Below are positions 36,652-49,500 of a stretch of DNA of 60,272 bases, piece after piece. The first letter of the stretch is position 1, and each line of letters opens with the position of its first letter. The position numbers were made by a program, and so were the translations under genes. The notes below the pieces were generated by a model. The model made no database searches. It worked only from the letters and a program-made list of their open reading frames with translations, and was not told the DNA's origin. This stretch comes from Eremomyces bilateralis CBS 781.70 (lineage: Eukaryota), in assembly GCA_010015585.1 (NCBI GenBank), contig ML975151.1, one strand, 5' to 3'.

Positions 36652-39600
36652 TCACATCTCCGCCATATATAACCCCCTTAACTCCTCCGGCACCTCGCTC
36701 CCTGCGCCCCCTTTCTCCGGACTCCGACTCCGCCCCCTCCTGCCTTTCCGTCTCCTTACGTCCCCCCACCCCTCCTCATCCTCCTCCTCCACCACCGTCA
36801 CAGCCCCTTTCTCTTTCTTGCTCCCCTTCGTCCCCAGCGCCCGGATCGTCGCGAACACCCCGCTCTTCCGCGGCTGCACCGTGCCGTTCGCGTGTGGCGG
36901 CGGTAGCGGCGCCGCGAGGTGTTGGGTGTCGAGGGGAGGGGTCGGCGTGCCGTGGCTGTGGGCGTCCATGGGGAGGAGGGTGGAAGTGCGCATGCGAGGT
37001 AGGTCGAGGTCGGGGAGCGGTGTGGAGAAGTTGGTCGGGGGGAGAGCGGAAACGGGGCGGTAGCGCGAGGCCATGCCCATGGTGGAGCGCTCGGAGGGGG
37101 CGATGCTGCTGGCGTAGGGTTGGTTACGGACGTTGGGGAGGAAGGAGGTGGAGAAGGAGGCGGCGGAGCTCTGGCGGTTGCCGGGTTGGTTCCAGGCGGG
37201 GGGGTTGACCATGCTCATTGTGCGGGCGTAGGGGTTGGATTGTTGCGGTGGCTGGTGCTGGGCGGGGAGGTTGGATGCCATGCTGTGGGGGCGGTTTAGG
37301 TTGGGGTTGGAGTGGTTCATGTGGGGAGAGAGGTAGGCGGATTGGTTGGGGGGAGGGTTGCCGACGCCGGGTTGTGCGCCCATAGCTTGGTTCTGCTGCA
37401 TCGTCGCCATCATCATCGCCATCATTTCGTTGCTGCGGTTCATCGCGTCGATGAACATCTGCATCTGCGCCTGGCTGGTATTCGGATTCGCCATCATCTG
37501 CGACATCATTTGATTGTTCATGGGGTTCATCATCGGGTTCATGCCAGGCATGTTCGGTGGCATCCCCATCATCTGCTGCGGCATGTTGGCTGGGAGAGCT
37601 TGTTGGCCACCCACGCCCATGGCGGCGTTCATCTGCGCATTAGGACTTCCCCGTCGAAGAGCCCGTGCTCGTTCTTCCGAGTCGATGACGCCGACAAGTC
37701 CTCCGGGTTGGTATCCAGGAAGCGTGGCGTTAGGATCGTACGTGGACATGCGTCCGCCAGCAACCGATGGTGCACCGCGATTTGCTCCTCCGCCGTTTGC
37801 ACCGAATGGATCGGCGGGAAGGTTGCGAGCGAAGACCGGGAGAGTTGAAGTCCGATTGCCACCCGAGTTAGATTGGTGACCGGCAGCGGAACTGGGTCGT
37901 TGAAGCGGCATTTGACTTCCGCGGCGATCTGTAGGGACCCCAACGATCGACGACCCGCTTCCGATCATCTTGCTCGGCGGTCGATTCTTGTGTGGGAATC
38001 CATGAGCCATCCCAATTGCAAGCGGGACATCGTCGTCCTCCTCATCGGATAGGGACCCATCTGGTGGGCTGGGACCTCCAACATTACCATGATCGGCCGG
38101 GCGGCTCAAGAAAGCAGGACCACTCAGGTTAGGAGAACTCAAGCTCATACGGTCGAGACTCGGTCGGAATTGGCTAATCGGTCGGGTCGGCGCTCCCTGG
38201 TCTCCTGTCGTCTTCTTCATCTGTTGCCTGAAGACCGCAAGTTGTGCCTCCTGCTTCCGTCGGTGAGCAGCTGTCTGCTTGCTCCGTTCAGCCTCATCAA
38301 CCTCCTCGTATGTCTCGGAGTTGTCGCTATCGGAATCAGCGTTGTCCTCGGGATAGATGGTATTGTGCTTCTTGTAACGCTCGAATTGCGCAGCCGTCAT
38401 CACTTTCTTGCCCTGCTCTTTCTGCACTTCGGCGTATGCTGTTTCATCCGAGAATTTGATCGCTGCAGCAGTTGCGGTACTAAACAGCGAATCATCTTCC
38501 TCAGGGGCGGCAGGCAATTGTTGACTTGAGTTGACTTCCTGGACAGCGCGAAGTTGAGGTCTCGAGTGGTTTATTGGGGGGCTTGGTTTTGTCGTCGAAC
38601 GATTTCCGAAGAGGTCGTCATTGGCATCGGGCCCTCCACTGATGGCATCTTGTGCGCCGAGTAATCGACTAGTCCGAACGGAATTATAGACAATCTGCGC
38701 ATCTCTATCTCCCGAGTCTGGAAGGAAGCTTAATGAAGATCTTTGCGATGAAGGTCGGCCGTCATTCGAGGCGCTCCGAGATGTTGCCCGACTAGATTTA
38801 TTGAACGCCATTGATTCGTCAGGTTTCAGGAAGGACTCCGAGGCTGGGCCGTTAGAGCGGTAGGGAAAGGACTCCTGGTATGGCGAGGTAGATGTGGTGC
38901 GTGGCATGAGCCCATCATGCGAATCGTGGCTCTGATATGAGCGAGGAGATGAAGCGATATCGTGAGATCGTCGGTCGTAGTTTAGAGGCGAAGGGGTATT
39001 AGCGGCACGATTAGGAGAAAGTAGACGAGCTTGGGCCGGGAGGATTGGTTCGGATTCCTGGAATGCGTCAGCACTGCTCTGAGATGTCAAGAGTTGGGAA
39101 TCCCAAGGAGACTTACGGAGCGAATGGCGTTGTTCGGGGAAGAGGGAGCATGGGGCTCATCAGGCAATATGCCACTCTTGCGCTTTGTCAGAGTTGCGAA
39201 CATGTCGCTTAGGTCCGATCCAAAGTCCGTGGATGGGAGCGAGTCTTCTAGCTTGGGAGGTATGGTAGTGCTTGCGTAACTACTACTGGTGACTGCACGG
39301 TCCCGCGTTCCGTCCCGCGTTCCGTTGCTGACTCGAGCTTCTCTTGGACTAGTTTGCTCCGGGAGAGGTGGTATGGGAGTTGAAGGTTGAGGTTTGGACT
39401 TGCCACCTAATGTCCAGGTGCGGGCCGATTGAATAAAAGATTTGTGTTCGGAACCATGGGAGGCGGCGGGGAGTTTAGCCGGGAGGGTGTGGTGGATGTT
39501 GGTCCGTGGAAAGAGTTCGTCGTCGTGTTGCGAAGGGAGGGTTGAGCTGGAACTCAGACGGGCGGACGAGGAAGACGTGTCGTAAACCTTAGATAACGCC

Positions 39601-39970
39601 GAATTGGCGGCACTGCTACCGTTACTTCCCCTGGTCTATGTCAACAATGAAATTGCAGTCTCATTCGTATGACTAACCGGTTATTGGGACTCGACTCGTC
39701 GTCGATCTCCTTTCCCTTGGGTCCGGACGAGCCAAAACTCAGCCATGTACTCGCCTTTTCGACTTTCGGTTTGCGCGGAGCGATGAATTGCGAAACGGGC
39801 CTGTCGACCTCTGTGCGAGGAATGACACGAAATGACCCCTGCTCGGTCGCTGGTTTGGGAATGGGCTCCGGAGTCTGGCGCAACACCGTGTTCTCTTTCT
39901 CATCGAAGTCGTCTAGCGCGCTCCCTGTGGATTTCCTCCGGGCAAAGCCCTTTGGCATTTTGATCGGCAT
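36652..39970 (-). CDS. Uncharacterised, largely disordered fungal protein with an M/Q-rich tract
   Basis: Exon 1 MPIKMPKGFARRKSTGSALD, introns at about 39631-39677 and 39058-39116, then the frame of the 812-aa ORF. Short motif-like islands KKVMTAAQFERYK, EDDDVPLA, GGLVGVIDSEERARALRRGSP, YASSIAPSERS...SRYRPV. Confidence 0.8.
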
Positions 39971-42239
39971 TCCGACGACTCGATCCCACCGATGGTTTGA
40001 AAGTGCAGTACGACGGATCTTCAAGTTCGGCAGTGTAGATATGACCGAAGATGTCTAAAAGGGTCGACTCATGGAAATGAAAGGCTTCAAGGTAAAGTTA
40101 CAAAACGCTGGACCAAAAAAGAAATGGGCACGGTCGTTGAAGTCGCTCGAGGGTCAAAAACAAGATGTGAGGTGCCGTGTTTTGGTTGACAGGTATGGAT
40201 CGGAACCGCAGGGCAGGGACGGGAGAACGTGATGAAGCCGAGGGCAGCCTGCAGATGGACTTGGATGTTAGTACGGACAATGGACGGGACTGTTTGATTG
40301 TTGCGAGATCGGAAACGTTCTGTGCGATGCAAAACCGAACCTCCGGATGGAGGGACAGGAATACGTAACGCGTTGGCACATCCACCCGAAAGCAGCGGAA
40401 GGAGAGCAAGCGACAAGAGAACGTGCTGAGATGGACGGATGGGTGCAGTTGATGACGAACGGGGAACAATAGTGGAATATCAATGGGTAGAAGTTCAATA
40501 CGAAGCCTGAGACGGCCGCTCTCGCTCTTCAATACGCAGAATTCGAGAAATGAGGGTTTGTTTGAGGCAGAACGTGCAGAGGATGGTCCGTCTTCGTTGG
40601 TCTAGACTCCAGAGAAGGGAATGGAAACAGGGACTTGCCGAAACGTAAACCTCGTGCAGCTGAAAATGGAACGAGCCTGAAACGAGCGACGGCTATATAG
40701 AATGCAGTCGGAGAAAGAAACGAAGCAACACGACACGGTGCGGGATAGGGCAGAAGTAAGGGAGAGATTAGAAGGACGGGAAGAAGCAGAGCGACGAAGA
40801 GGACGATGATGTTGATGATGATCAGGAGTTTTGTTGGGCCAGGGACCAGGAAGAAATCACCTCAGTCAGGTCCTCACGGGCCAAGCTGCCAAAGAATTCC
40901 GCGAAAAAGACAGCGCCTGAGAGAGAAAAATCGCTTGCTCTCTTCGCGCTTGTGTAGACTGTGCTGGACTTGTGCTGCGGAGACTCTCTTGGTATTAGTA
41001 TTATACTCTTATTTGGTAATAAACGCGGTATTCCGTGCTGTCTGGACCGGTATTCGGTGGCATTCCCACCACTCACGCCACGCTCTAAGCCACACACAGC
41101 TCCCCCGTTTCCTCCAGATCCCCTATTTATTAATACCCAATTCCCCAGGCGGGCGATCCTGCCAGAGCTGCTGCCCCAAATCAGATGTGCAAGCAATCAG
41201 GACATCTGCGACATGACGGTTGTTGGCTTTCGCTAAGAAGTTCCCAGTTGCCCTGAGGAGCGAATATTAATTATTAGCACATGCAGATTGCAGAGTATTG
41301 CAGACAGCCCAAGGATTAGTTCACCAGCAACGGGAAGCGGATCATTGTTGGATTCGGCCTGGAACCCACGATCTCCTCCCGTCTAAAAAGGGTCCACGAT
41401 GGTTACAGCTTGGCGACGATCCGTTCGATCGTCAGAAAATAGATTTCTCCTTCGCGTCGGCCGGTCGGCCACTCGGCGTGTCCAGTCCGTTGAGGACCAT
41501 GTCCACTTTTTGGGTCGCTTTTCATAATTACACAGTACGATCCGAGCAGCCTCAACTTTCAAGGCCAGATGCATTTTCCGTCACACCGGATTGTTGGCCG
41601 GCCGCAGTACAGCTACGATGGCCTGGTGGATGCATGAGAGTGCAGCGATGTAGCCGCAAATGCAGGGAGGAGTGGAAATTCTTGTGGCGACGCGTTCAAT
41701 ACCCGGAGTCCGGTCTTTCTCAGTCATGCTGATCATACACAGATTTACCCACTCTCGCAAGAGTACTCCAGTCTCCAGCTGCTAACGTGTTGATTGTGAG
41801 GGGAAGGGAGCTCCGATCTGATATAATGTGGACAGCGGTATTTGAATATTTGGACTTTGGACTTTTGATGTTAGACTTTGGAGACTTGCGCACATTCTCA
41901 CACTTTGCTAGTGTGCTCACTGGTGCTGGACTCAGAACTCATGCTTCCAAAGAAAAAAAAGGTACGGAGTACAGGTATGTTATCGTCAACACAATACGTA
42001 GCCCTCCATCAGCCTCATGTCGTGCACTCCAACCATCCAGCTTCCGAGCTCGATTCCAGATGCTCGCTCGGTCCCGCGGTGACATATGAATCCTGAACCT
42101 GGCCCTTTTTCCCCCTGTTAACAGCCTCACATCGTGAAAGCCCGCAAGGCGCAGAGCAAATTTACGGACCCTGCAAATTCCACACGGACGCACCAGGGGG
42201 TTTGCGCTCCATATGACGTCGATCATATCGCGCGTCGAT

Positions 42240-43097
42240 TCACTCCGTCAACGAAACATTTGCATCTAAACGACATCCGTGATCCGACATGTCTTTGAAG
42301 ACAGTTTTGTTGCCAGCCATCGGTTTGACGCACTCGCAGGAGAATTCCCAATCATCCGGTACCGCCACAGTTACATTCCTCGGGCTCGGCATCCCACAGG
42401 TTGTTTACTGGCTGAAAAGGGGCCTTGGGCGGAGTTCCAGAGCCACACCCGCAACATGAATTGCCACCAGACACCCTCCAGAGTCCAACATCGTTGTCGT
42501 TTTCTTTGCGTCTCCTTGGTCGCTCATATCGCTTCACATCCGATCTCGCAAGCGTTTTTGAATCGTCTCCAAGTCTTCTTGAATCTCGTCATGTTTCCCG
42601 TGTCCCCTGTTTTTCTCCGCGCCAAGTTTCATGTTTGATTGCTTCTTTGGCGCACTTGGCGCTTCGGGAGCCAATTTCTTGCAAGCCACATGCCGATCAC
42701 TCTCGATAACTCGATGCTTTCTATTGACGCTCGTGCATCTCCCCGATCGAAACCGTTCTCTTTTGGTCTTAGCTCCATGTTTTTCTTTGTGGCGTCGTCG
42801 TGAATGCAATTATGCAAGGCACTTCTGCACTCCTGCACCGAGTTGCATAAGAAGTTCACCATCCACTCCTGGTGCGGGGTTTTGGTCATGCGATTGCGTT
42901 ATGTTTGAAATTGTTCGAAAGAGCTTGGAAGTGGCGGTGGTGAGAATGCCGGGAATATCCTTCGCAGTTTCAGGAGATCCGAAAGGCTACCCCTGGGTGT
43001 CCCAACTACCCCAGGTCCCAATTCCCAGCGCCAATTTGGCCTAGGCTTCGCGGTACAGATGGAGAGGCGACAACACCCCCAGTGTTGAAGTTGCCAT
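42240..43097 (-). pseudogene. Possible decayed ORF
   Basis: One frame of about 285 codons from ATG 43097 has only five internal stops. No family recognised. Confidence 0.2.
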
Positions 43098-43128
43098 ATT
43101 GACTCATTGTCATCTATGGACATGAAAG

Positions 43129-43232
43129 AGGTCCCGCAAAGGCACACAGGAGGTCCCGCAAAGACACCCACGAGATTTCGCAAGGACACCCACGAGATTT
43201 CCCAAGAAGGATACCCAGCCGATTTCGCAAGA
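43129..43232. repeat. Degenerate 22-bp minisatellite, about 5 units
   Basis: aggtcccgcaaaggcacacagg / aggtcccgcaaagacacccacg / agatttcgcaaggacacccacg / agattttcccaag...gatttcgcaag. Confidence 0.75.
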
Positions 43233-43741
43233 ATGACATGCAGTTGGTAGTCCCAGAACTGCCCTGCTTTCGAATGATGCCCTAGCATTTTGGATCCTTG
43301 TCCTGGCCATTCGAGTGCCTCTCTGCCGGTGGGTCGGAGTCGAGATCTGCTGCAAAGTGACAGAACTTACAAGCATACACAACGCTGGATGGACGAAACC
43401 ATGGCCGCGAATTCTCAGAGGTATTCAAATATCATGATGTTCTAAACCACCATAGATGGCGTGGGTTTGCTAGGCTCCACCTTGATTGGGAACAATAAAA
43501 TGGTTATTTGACGCATATACGTAAGTTTTGGGGGAAATAACTGTCCACGTCCATTGTCGCGTATCGATAAAATGATGAAGAACCAGCTCATGTTGTGGAT
43601 CCAACAACAAGTTCAGGGATCGAGTGGATCCATCATGATTTGCATATGAATCCGCCGTAGACACTGGCTTTCGGTTCGTGTAATGGCTGGTTCTCCGTGG
43701 GATCTAAGAACGTCCTGTAATCTGGGCGTGTCTATCTCTAG

Positions 43742-43962
43742 TCCCGTGTGGATGGATCACACTCGTTTGCTTCCGCGATTTCCAAGTTTGAATGAATGCA
43801 AGGCCGAGCACACAGCGCCCATGTCCAGCCTTTCCAGGACCGGATATTCCAGGTTCCCGTGTGGATGACCATATTCATCTGCTTCTGCAATTTTCAGGTC
43901 TGACTAAAAGCAAAGCCAAGCACACAGCATGCGTGTCCAGATGTTCCAGATCCGGATGTCCC
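43742..43962. repeat. Diverged tandem duplication, period about 113 bp
   Basis: tcccgtgtggatg at 43742 and 43855; both copies carry gcacacagc..tgtccag..ttccag..ccggat. Confidence 0.75.
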
Positions 43963-44720
43963 AAAATGGTCAAAGACTCTTAGAGGATCTCTGCCATCTT
44001 GGTCAGCCTCCGCGCTATTTCGGTGTTTTTGGCGACTCGGAAATTTCTTTGACTTTTTTCTCTATCATGGCGGCTTCACTCTTGCCCATGGCCAGATCAA
44101 CCAAGGCACGAGAGATGATGGCCCTGCCATTCTAGACCACGTCTGTGCCCTTAATTTTATCGACCTCGAAATACTAGTGTTGCATTGCATTCCAGGCAAT
44201 TTATCCGGATCATTCTCTTTTCACCCTTGTCGATGGCCAGATCGGCCAGGACCCGAGATTCGAATAACGTTCGGAGCGTTCTTTCGGTCAGTGGCTAGAT
44301 AAAGCTAGTTTCCAAGATTGCGCAGCGGACCATTTTCCGAACACAAGAAGTCGGCCAGCAAATATATCGGATCAGATTCAGACGCCCACTACTCTTTTTA
44401 ACTCGACCACCGCGACTATACTTTAGATGATGCGCACCCGCTCCTTTCATTCTCCTGCCTGAGTTTGGAGTTGCGACAGCAACCACCCCCCTAGGCCACT
44501 GGGTTTTCTAGATGGATTTATGTTTTGTCAGCGCATATATTTTTCTATTTTGATCGACGATGAAGCGCCTATAATTCGGATGCAATAGTTCAGCTATGAT
44601 CGGGAGCTGATATCCATGGCCCTGACATTACCCCATCACGATCTTCTCCAGAAATTCCATGTTTTGCATCAGCTCCTTGAAGAACGTACCCCAGGATAAC
44701 CGGCAGAAGTGTCCCGAGGG

Positions 44721-45205
44721 GCCTCCCGGAGACCCCCCGGGATGATGGCTAGGAATGTTGCCAGGAGAGCCTCCCGGAGACCCCCAGGAATGTCGCCAGA
44801 AGCATAGCACCCAGAAATACCCCCCGTGTTGTGTTCTATCGATTCAAGGACCGAATATAGGAAGGGAACGGCCGCTCAGGACCACGCTACGTGGGTGTAC
44901 CGCGGAAGTCCACCGTCGATTGACTACATCTTCTTGGTGAAGTGGAGCTTCCAGCTGGGGTCATCCACCCCCAGGATGCTTGCGGTTGGGCTTGCGGTTG
45001 GGGTCATCCGCCCCCGGGATGGCCGACAGGAGAGGAGCATAGCACCCAGAAATCCCCCCGCGTTGTATTCTATTGATTTAAAGACCGAATATAGGAGGGA
45101 ATAGCGTTCCGGACCACGCTCAGGACGTGGGTGTATCGCGGAAGTCCTCCGAAGATCAGCTCCATGTTCTTTGTGAAGTGGAGCTTCCGGTTCGGATCAT
45201 CCACC
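44721..45205. repeat. Diverged direct repeats: about 170-bp unit at 235-bp spacing plus a 48-bp sub-repeat
   Basis: agcatagcacccagaaat at 44801 and 45036; both copies share gaccgaatatagga, acgtgggtgta, cgcggaagtcc, gtgaagtggagcttcc, tcatccacc. gcctcccggagacccc at 44721 and 44769. Confidence 0.85.
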
Positions 45206-46666
45206 TGAGCGTAAGCGGGTTTTGGAGTTGTTCAGATGGGGGAAGGTTCGGGATAGTAGAAAGGCAAACGAGATACGGGGATTTGAATATACAGAGTCCG
45301 CAGGACATGCGACAACAGAGGGATGTCGCCCCACCCCCGGATAATCGGCCGGATCGGTGCGTGTGGTTTGGATCGCTTGGGGGACAGCCTGCCCTCCATG
45401 ACGAGGATCGGCTGGCAGACTGTCCCGAGGAGAGCCCCGAGAAACCATACGTCCTTATCCCCAGCCCGGTAGATGTCCTAGAGGGTTGCGCATCTGGCAG
45501 AAAATTTAGTGCGCGCGTGCGCCCAGCTCAACATTCCGAAGTTGATTCGCCATAACGAAGGTAGGTTATGGCGCAGGAATACGCTTGGGGGGTAATCGTG
45601 AGCGAGGCTATGAACAGTCCCGTCTCTCCTATGCCTTTGTCGTCCTGTGGTTATTCTCCGGCTGCCCACGGCGCGGGTCATATCAAGGCCAGTGTGTGAA
45701 TGACGCATGATATTGCGGTTCGGAACAGACCCTCCCATCGACCCATTACCAATGTTTCTAACCCCGAACGCCATAAAACCATAGGCTCTAGAGTCACGGG
45801 CGATGCTGGCTCGTGTCAATGGCGTTCCTGATCTCCGGCAGCGGCCCACACCTGGTTATTCGAAATTCTGGATAATTTCATGTCGCTTCGGAACACATTG
45901 AGGGATGTCGGCTCCTTCACCACTTGCATCCGCGACCAGGCTCATGAGTCCTAGAGTTGAGAAGATTCTCATGACGTTGCACCAATATGATTTGAAGCCC
46001 ATGGGTTTTGAAGTTTGGGTTGATGAGCTGGCAGCTGTGGTACTGCACAAGATGGGCATGACAGGCTGGGGGCGGCTTGTACAGCAAAAGTCGGGGCCGA
46101 CTGTGCACGTCGAGGTGAAATTAGGATGCCGACAAATCAATCCTTTCTTCCCACATCATGCACGATTGATCTGGGTCATGAGGGTGTTCTATGGTTCCTT
46201 ACTCCGTCAGTATCCAGTCAATCACTGGGTGTAAACATTGAACCAGGAAACAAATATCCACTATCCCGAGAGAAGAATCTAGGACTCACCTGTTAAGCCA
46301 CTGGTTCTGAATGCTATTCAAGGTCTTCCTCATCATTTTCTGTTGGACAAGTTTGGTTTTGATTTGAAGAGGAATTATCAATCTGATGCAAGTTAGGTCG
46401 AGTTATGTGAGGAGCTTGCACAAAGGATGACAATCAAAGGTTCGGGTCAGTGAATGTGTTGGGGGTGTGGATGGAGGAATAGGACGAGCCACGTGATGCT
46501 ACCACGTGGTGTGCAGCCTCCTGCTCCTGCCGATCCAGAGGCGGTGCAATGAAGAGGAGATACATTCGTCAAGTTGCAGTGGAATACTGGTACTTACCAG
46601 ATCCCTCGTCCTGATGGGTAGACAATGGATCGTCAGCACGGTACGACCAAGGTCAATCAGTGGTTA

Positions 46667-47320
46667 TCAGTCACTCTCCGTTTCCTCACTCCCCATTTCG
46701 GCACTCTCCCCTCTCCCTTCTCTTCTCCCAAAGATCAAGAAGCCGCCCCCAGCCACCCCTATCACCTCCGCCTCCCAGGTGACCTCAATGCTTCCGTCCG
46801 CATAATGCGTGATGGTGGGTTCTATCATGTCTACATCAGGGACCTCCTGGTCGAGTGGGATGGGGGGAGTGGCTGGGGGGAGGGCTCCTGTCATATGGGT
46901 AGCTTCGTAATCCAATGGCATCGGGACCGGGTACGCCGGGTTTTGCATCCTTCTCGCCGATTCCATTACTTCTTCGACCGTTGGCCATGGCTCGCCCATC
47001 GCATGCTCAAGACCAGGAGACCAGTGACCCGGGAGCAACACCGGGGAATCAGTCGACTCGGAAACTAGGCCGTCGATAGTCGAATCCTCCGAAGCCGGGG
47101 CGGGGTGGGAGTACCAGCTATTTAGCTCGTGATGAGTTATCGGAAGAGGGGGCGGGAGGTGGCCTGTCAATAACATCCACCACCATCTCCTCAATGGCCC
47201 CGCTAGAGTGCGGTTTGGCCTAATGAGGTAGGCAACGATGCAGAGGGCACCAAATATGCTGGCAATAGTAATACCGATAATTGCAGCGGTGCCCATCGTG
47301 GTACCAATCGTGGTACCCAT
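46667..47320 (-). CDS. Orphan 217-aa single-pass membrane protein
   Basis: Intronless ORF with an N-terminal hydrophobic helix AAIIGITIASIFGALCIVAYLI, then basic residues and an acidic P-rich tail. Confidence 0.5.
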   Translation of the reverse strand: MGTTIGTTMGTAAIIGITIASIFGALCIVAYLIRPNRTLAGPLRRWWWMLLTGHLPPPLPITHHELNSWYSHPAPASEDSTIDGLVSESTDSPVLLPGHWSPGLEHAMGEPWPTVEEVMESARRMQNPAYPVPMPLDYEATHMTGALPPATPPIPLDQEVPDVDMIEPTITHYADGSIEVTWEAEVIGVAGGGFLIFGRREGRGESAEMGSEETESD

Positions 47321-49500
47321 CGTGGTAGTGGTTCAGTGACGGTGATGGTGCGATGCTGGGATTCTTCCAATTCTGCTCTCTCTTAAGGTGAGCACGCCTT
47401 CTAGTACGGACTTTTGATTGCTTGATGAATGAGGGTGACTGGCGTACCCAGTTGATGATGATCAGGATTGTTTGGTATCAGAAAGCTTGGTTGTGTTGTA
47501 GAAAAGAACGAGTCCTTTGTGCGAACGAAAATGCATTTCAAAACAGTGCAGAGTGCCGTTCAATATCACCTATTGGCACCCAAGTCGATCAGGCGGTGAA
47601 TGCACTCTTTCAGTTTGGAATTGGGAGAGCACAGGTTAGTGAGATACTCTCTTTATATATTTTGGTAATTCTAATCCTAAAATCTAGAAATATTCGCAGA
47701 AATTATTGCCCTCAGGGATATGTATATCGAATCAGTTCCTGAAGGCAGGGGAGCGTCTTGACTACGGCACGATGGTCCCCGAAACATGCCTCGTCCAGCA
47801 GGAGGATGGACTTGAACAGTAGCCAGAATCCATCTATACAAGTTTTCGACTGTCTTCCTGCCCTTTCCTTGCACTGATACATCTCCCGACTGAAGCAGAA
47901 TGTGAAAGCGTGGCCTGCCACCAGGTACCTGACGTATATCTAACAAGGATCAGTGTTGTCACTGCTGTGAGGTAGCTAGTCGACAGCGAGCACACAGGTT
48001 GTTCGTACAACGGGAGGGCGATGACACAACTATATCTCTCCGGGCTGCATGGCCAGCGTGCTAGACCTGCGGTTCAGCAATATTGATCCCCCGAAGATGC
48101 GACTGGGGAACTATATGTCCAGGCTTCCAGCTTGCATTCCCAGCCTTCCAGGCCTTCCTGAAACCAGGTCAAGTAACCTAATCCTGACGGAAGATATTCC
48201 GTTCGGGACTGAAAAAGGCTTAATTGATCGAAATCGGAGCACTCAGAAGATCTGGCCGAGGAGATTGGTGCTTGTTGACCCAGAACATGAGTTATCCAGT
48301 TATTTCACGTTGGCCCTAGGCACAATGATGGCGGACGCAAGTTGTTTCCAATATATCTGGAGGAGAGGTATTGTCATCTTCCTCCCGATCGAACCTGCAT
48401 TCTTCTCTTGCTGAACCGCAGTTGTTCAACCTACAAGTTCTATAACCGTCGTTACTGCTGGGATACGATAGAGCGCCGGCACGGCGGCAAGGCTCAACTC
48501 GATTTTGTGGGGTGACGACAATAGCGGAATGACAAGCGGAATCAGAAAACCGAAGTCATGACGGGGCGGCTGTGCGGTGCGACGACTCTCTCCTTTCTAT
48601 CATCGGCCTGTCGATTACGTACCGACAGACTGAGCGGCTACGATATTTCCTTGGCTCCTCATCAATTTCACACTGATAGCTCTTTACGGCGCATCTGAAC
48701 CCGGCGGATCGCATTCAGTGGTCTCCATCGTCGTCCCAGGCAACGAACGATCAAGGGAAGAACGGGAATAAAGGCCACGACAAGCCGAACTGCCTCTGTG
48801 ATGATCCCTAGTGAAGAACGGGACAGAGGGAAACAAGTGACCAGAAATTGTAGTAAGGGGCTCATTCTACAGGGCAACCGCCGCCGCGGACACGGTTGAC
48901 GATAATTTCTCAAGATATCATTTTCTTGGCGGCACTCCGAGTGTCATATGGTGCCCATGAAGGACAAGGCTCTGGATCGTAGCATTGGCTGCATTGAGCT
49001 TCACATGGCTTCTAAATCGTGCCATCACGATGGGAGTCGAAGAACTGACCCGACAGTTGTGCGTATATTTAGTAGGTAAGGTAGTTAGGTAGATTACAGT
49101 TGACTTCGTCCGCAATCTGTCTCGGAGTCTTCTCCCACAAACGATTTTGCTTTACGGCTACTATATTTTGGTCATAATTGTCAGCCATAACATTTGGAGA
49201 GAGGAAAAAGGGTTTTCATACACGGAGTGATGTGATCAGTCAGCATCAAGGCAATGAAGCAGGGCCTAATTTACGATACACACTAGACCTATTTCGGTTA
49301 GTGAAATAAAACTCAATATAATACATGATCCTTGCCAATTCCACCGCCAGCCCACACCATTTGACGATTTTCGACGACTTCATCCAGTTCCGGTTGCGAG
49401 GGCAGTCCACCACCCAGTCGCCGTATCCATCTCTCTTTTTTCCTACTTCTTTCAAGGACTCGAACTGTTATCCTGAACCATCCAAAGAAGTCCTGCCACG

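Noticed and set aside
43129..45205. Repeats as a CRISPR-like array
   Set aside because: Eukaryotic context, degenerate units, no constant repeat with unique spacers, no cas genes.
45548..45573. 9-bp hairpin CGCCATAAC...GTTATGGCG
   Set aside because: Isolated stem of a size expected occasionally in 60 kb; no supporting context.
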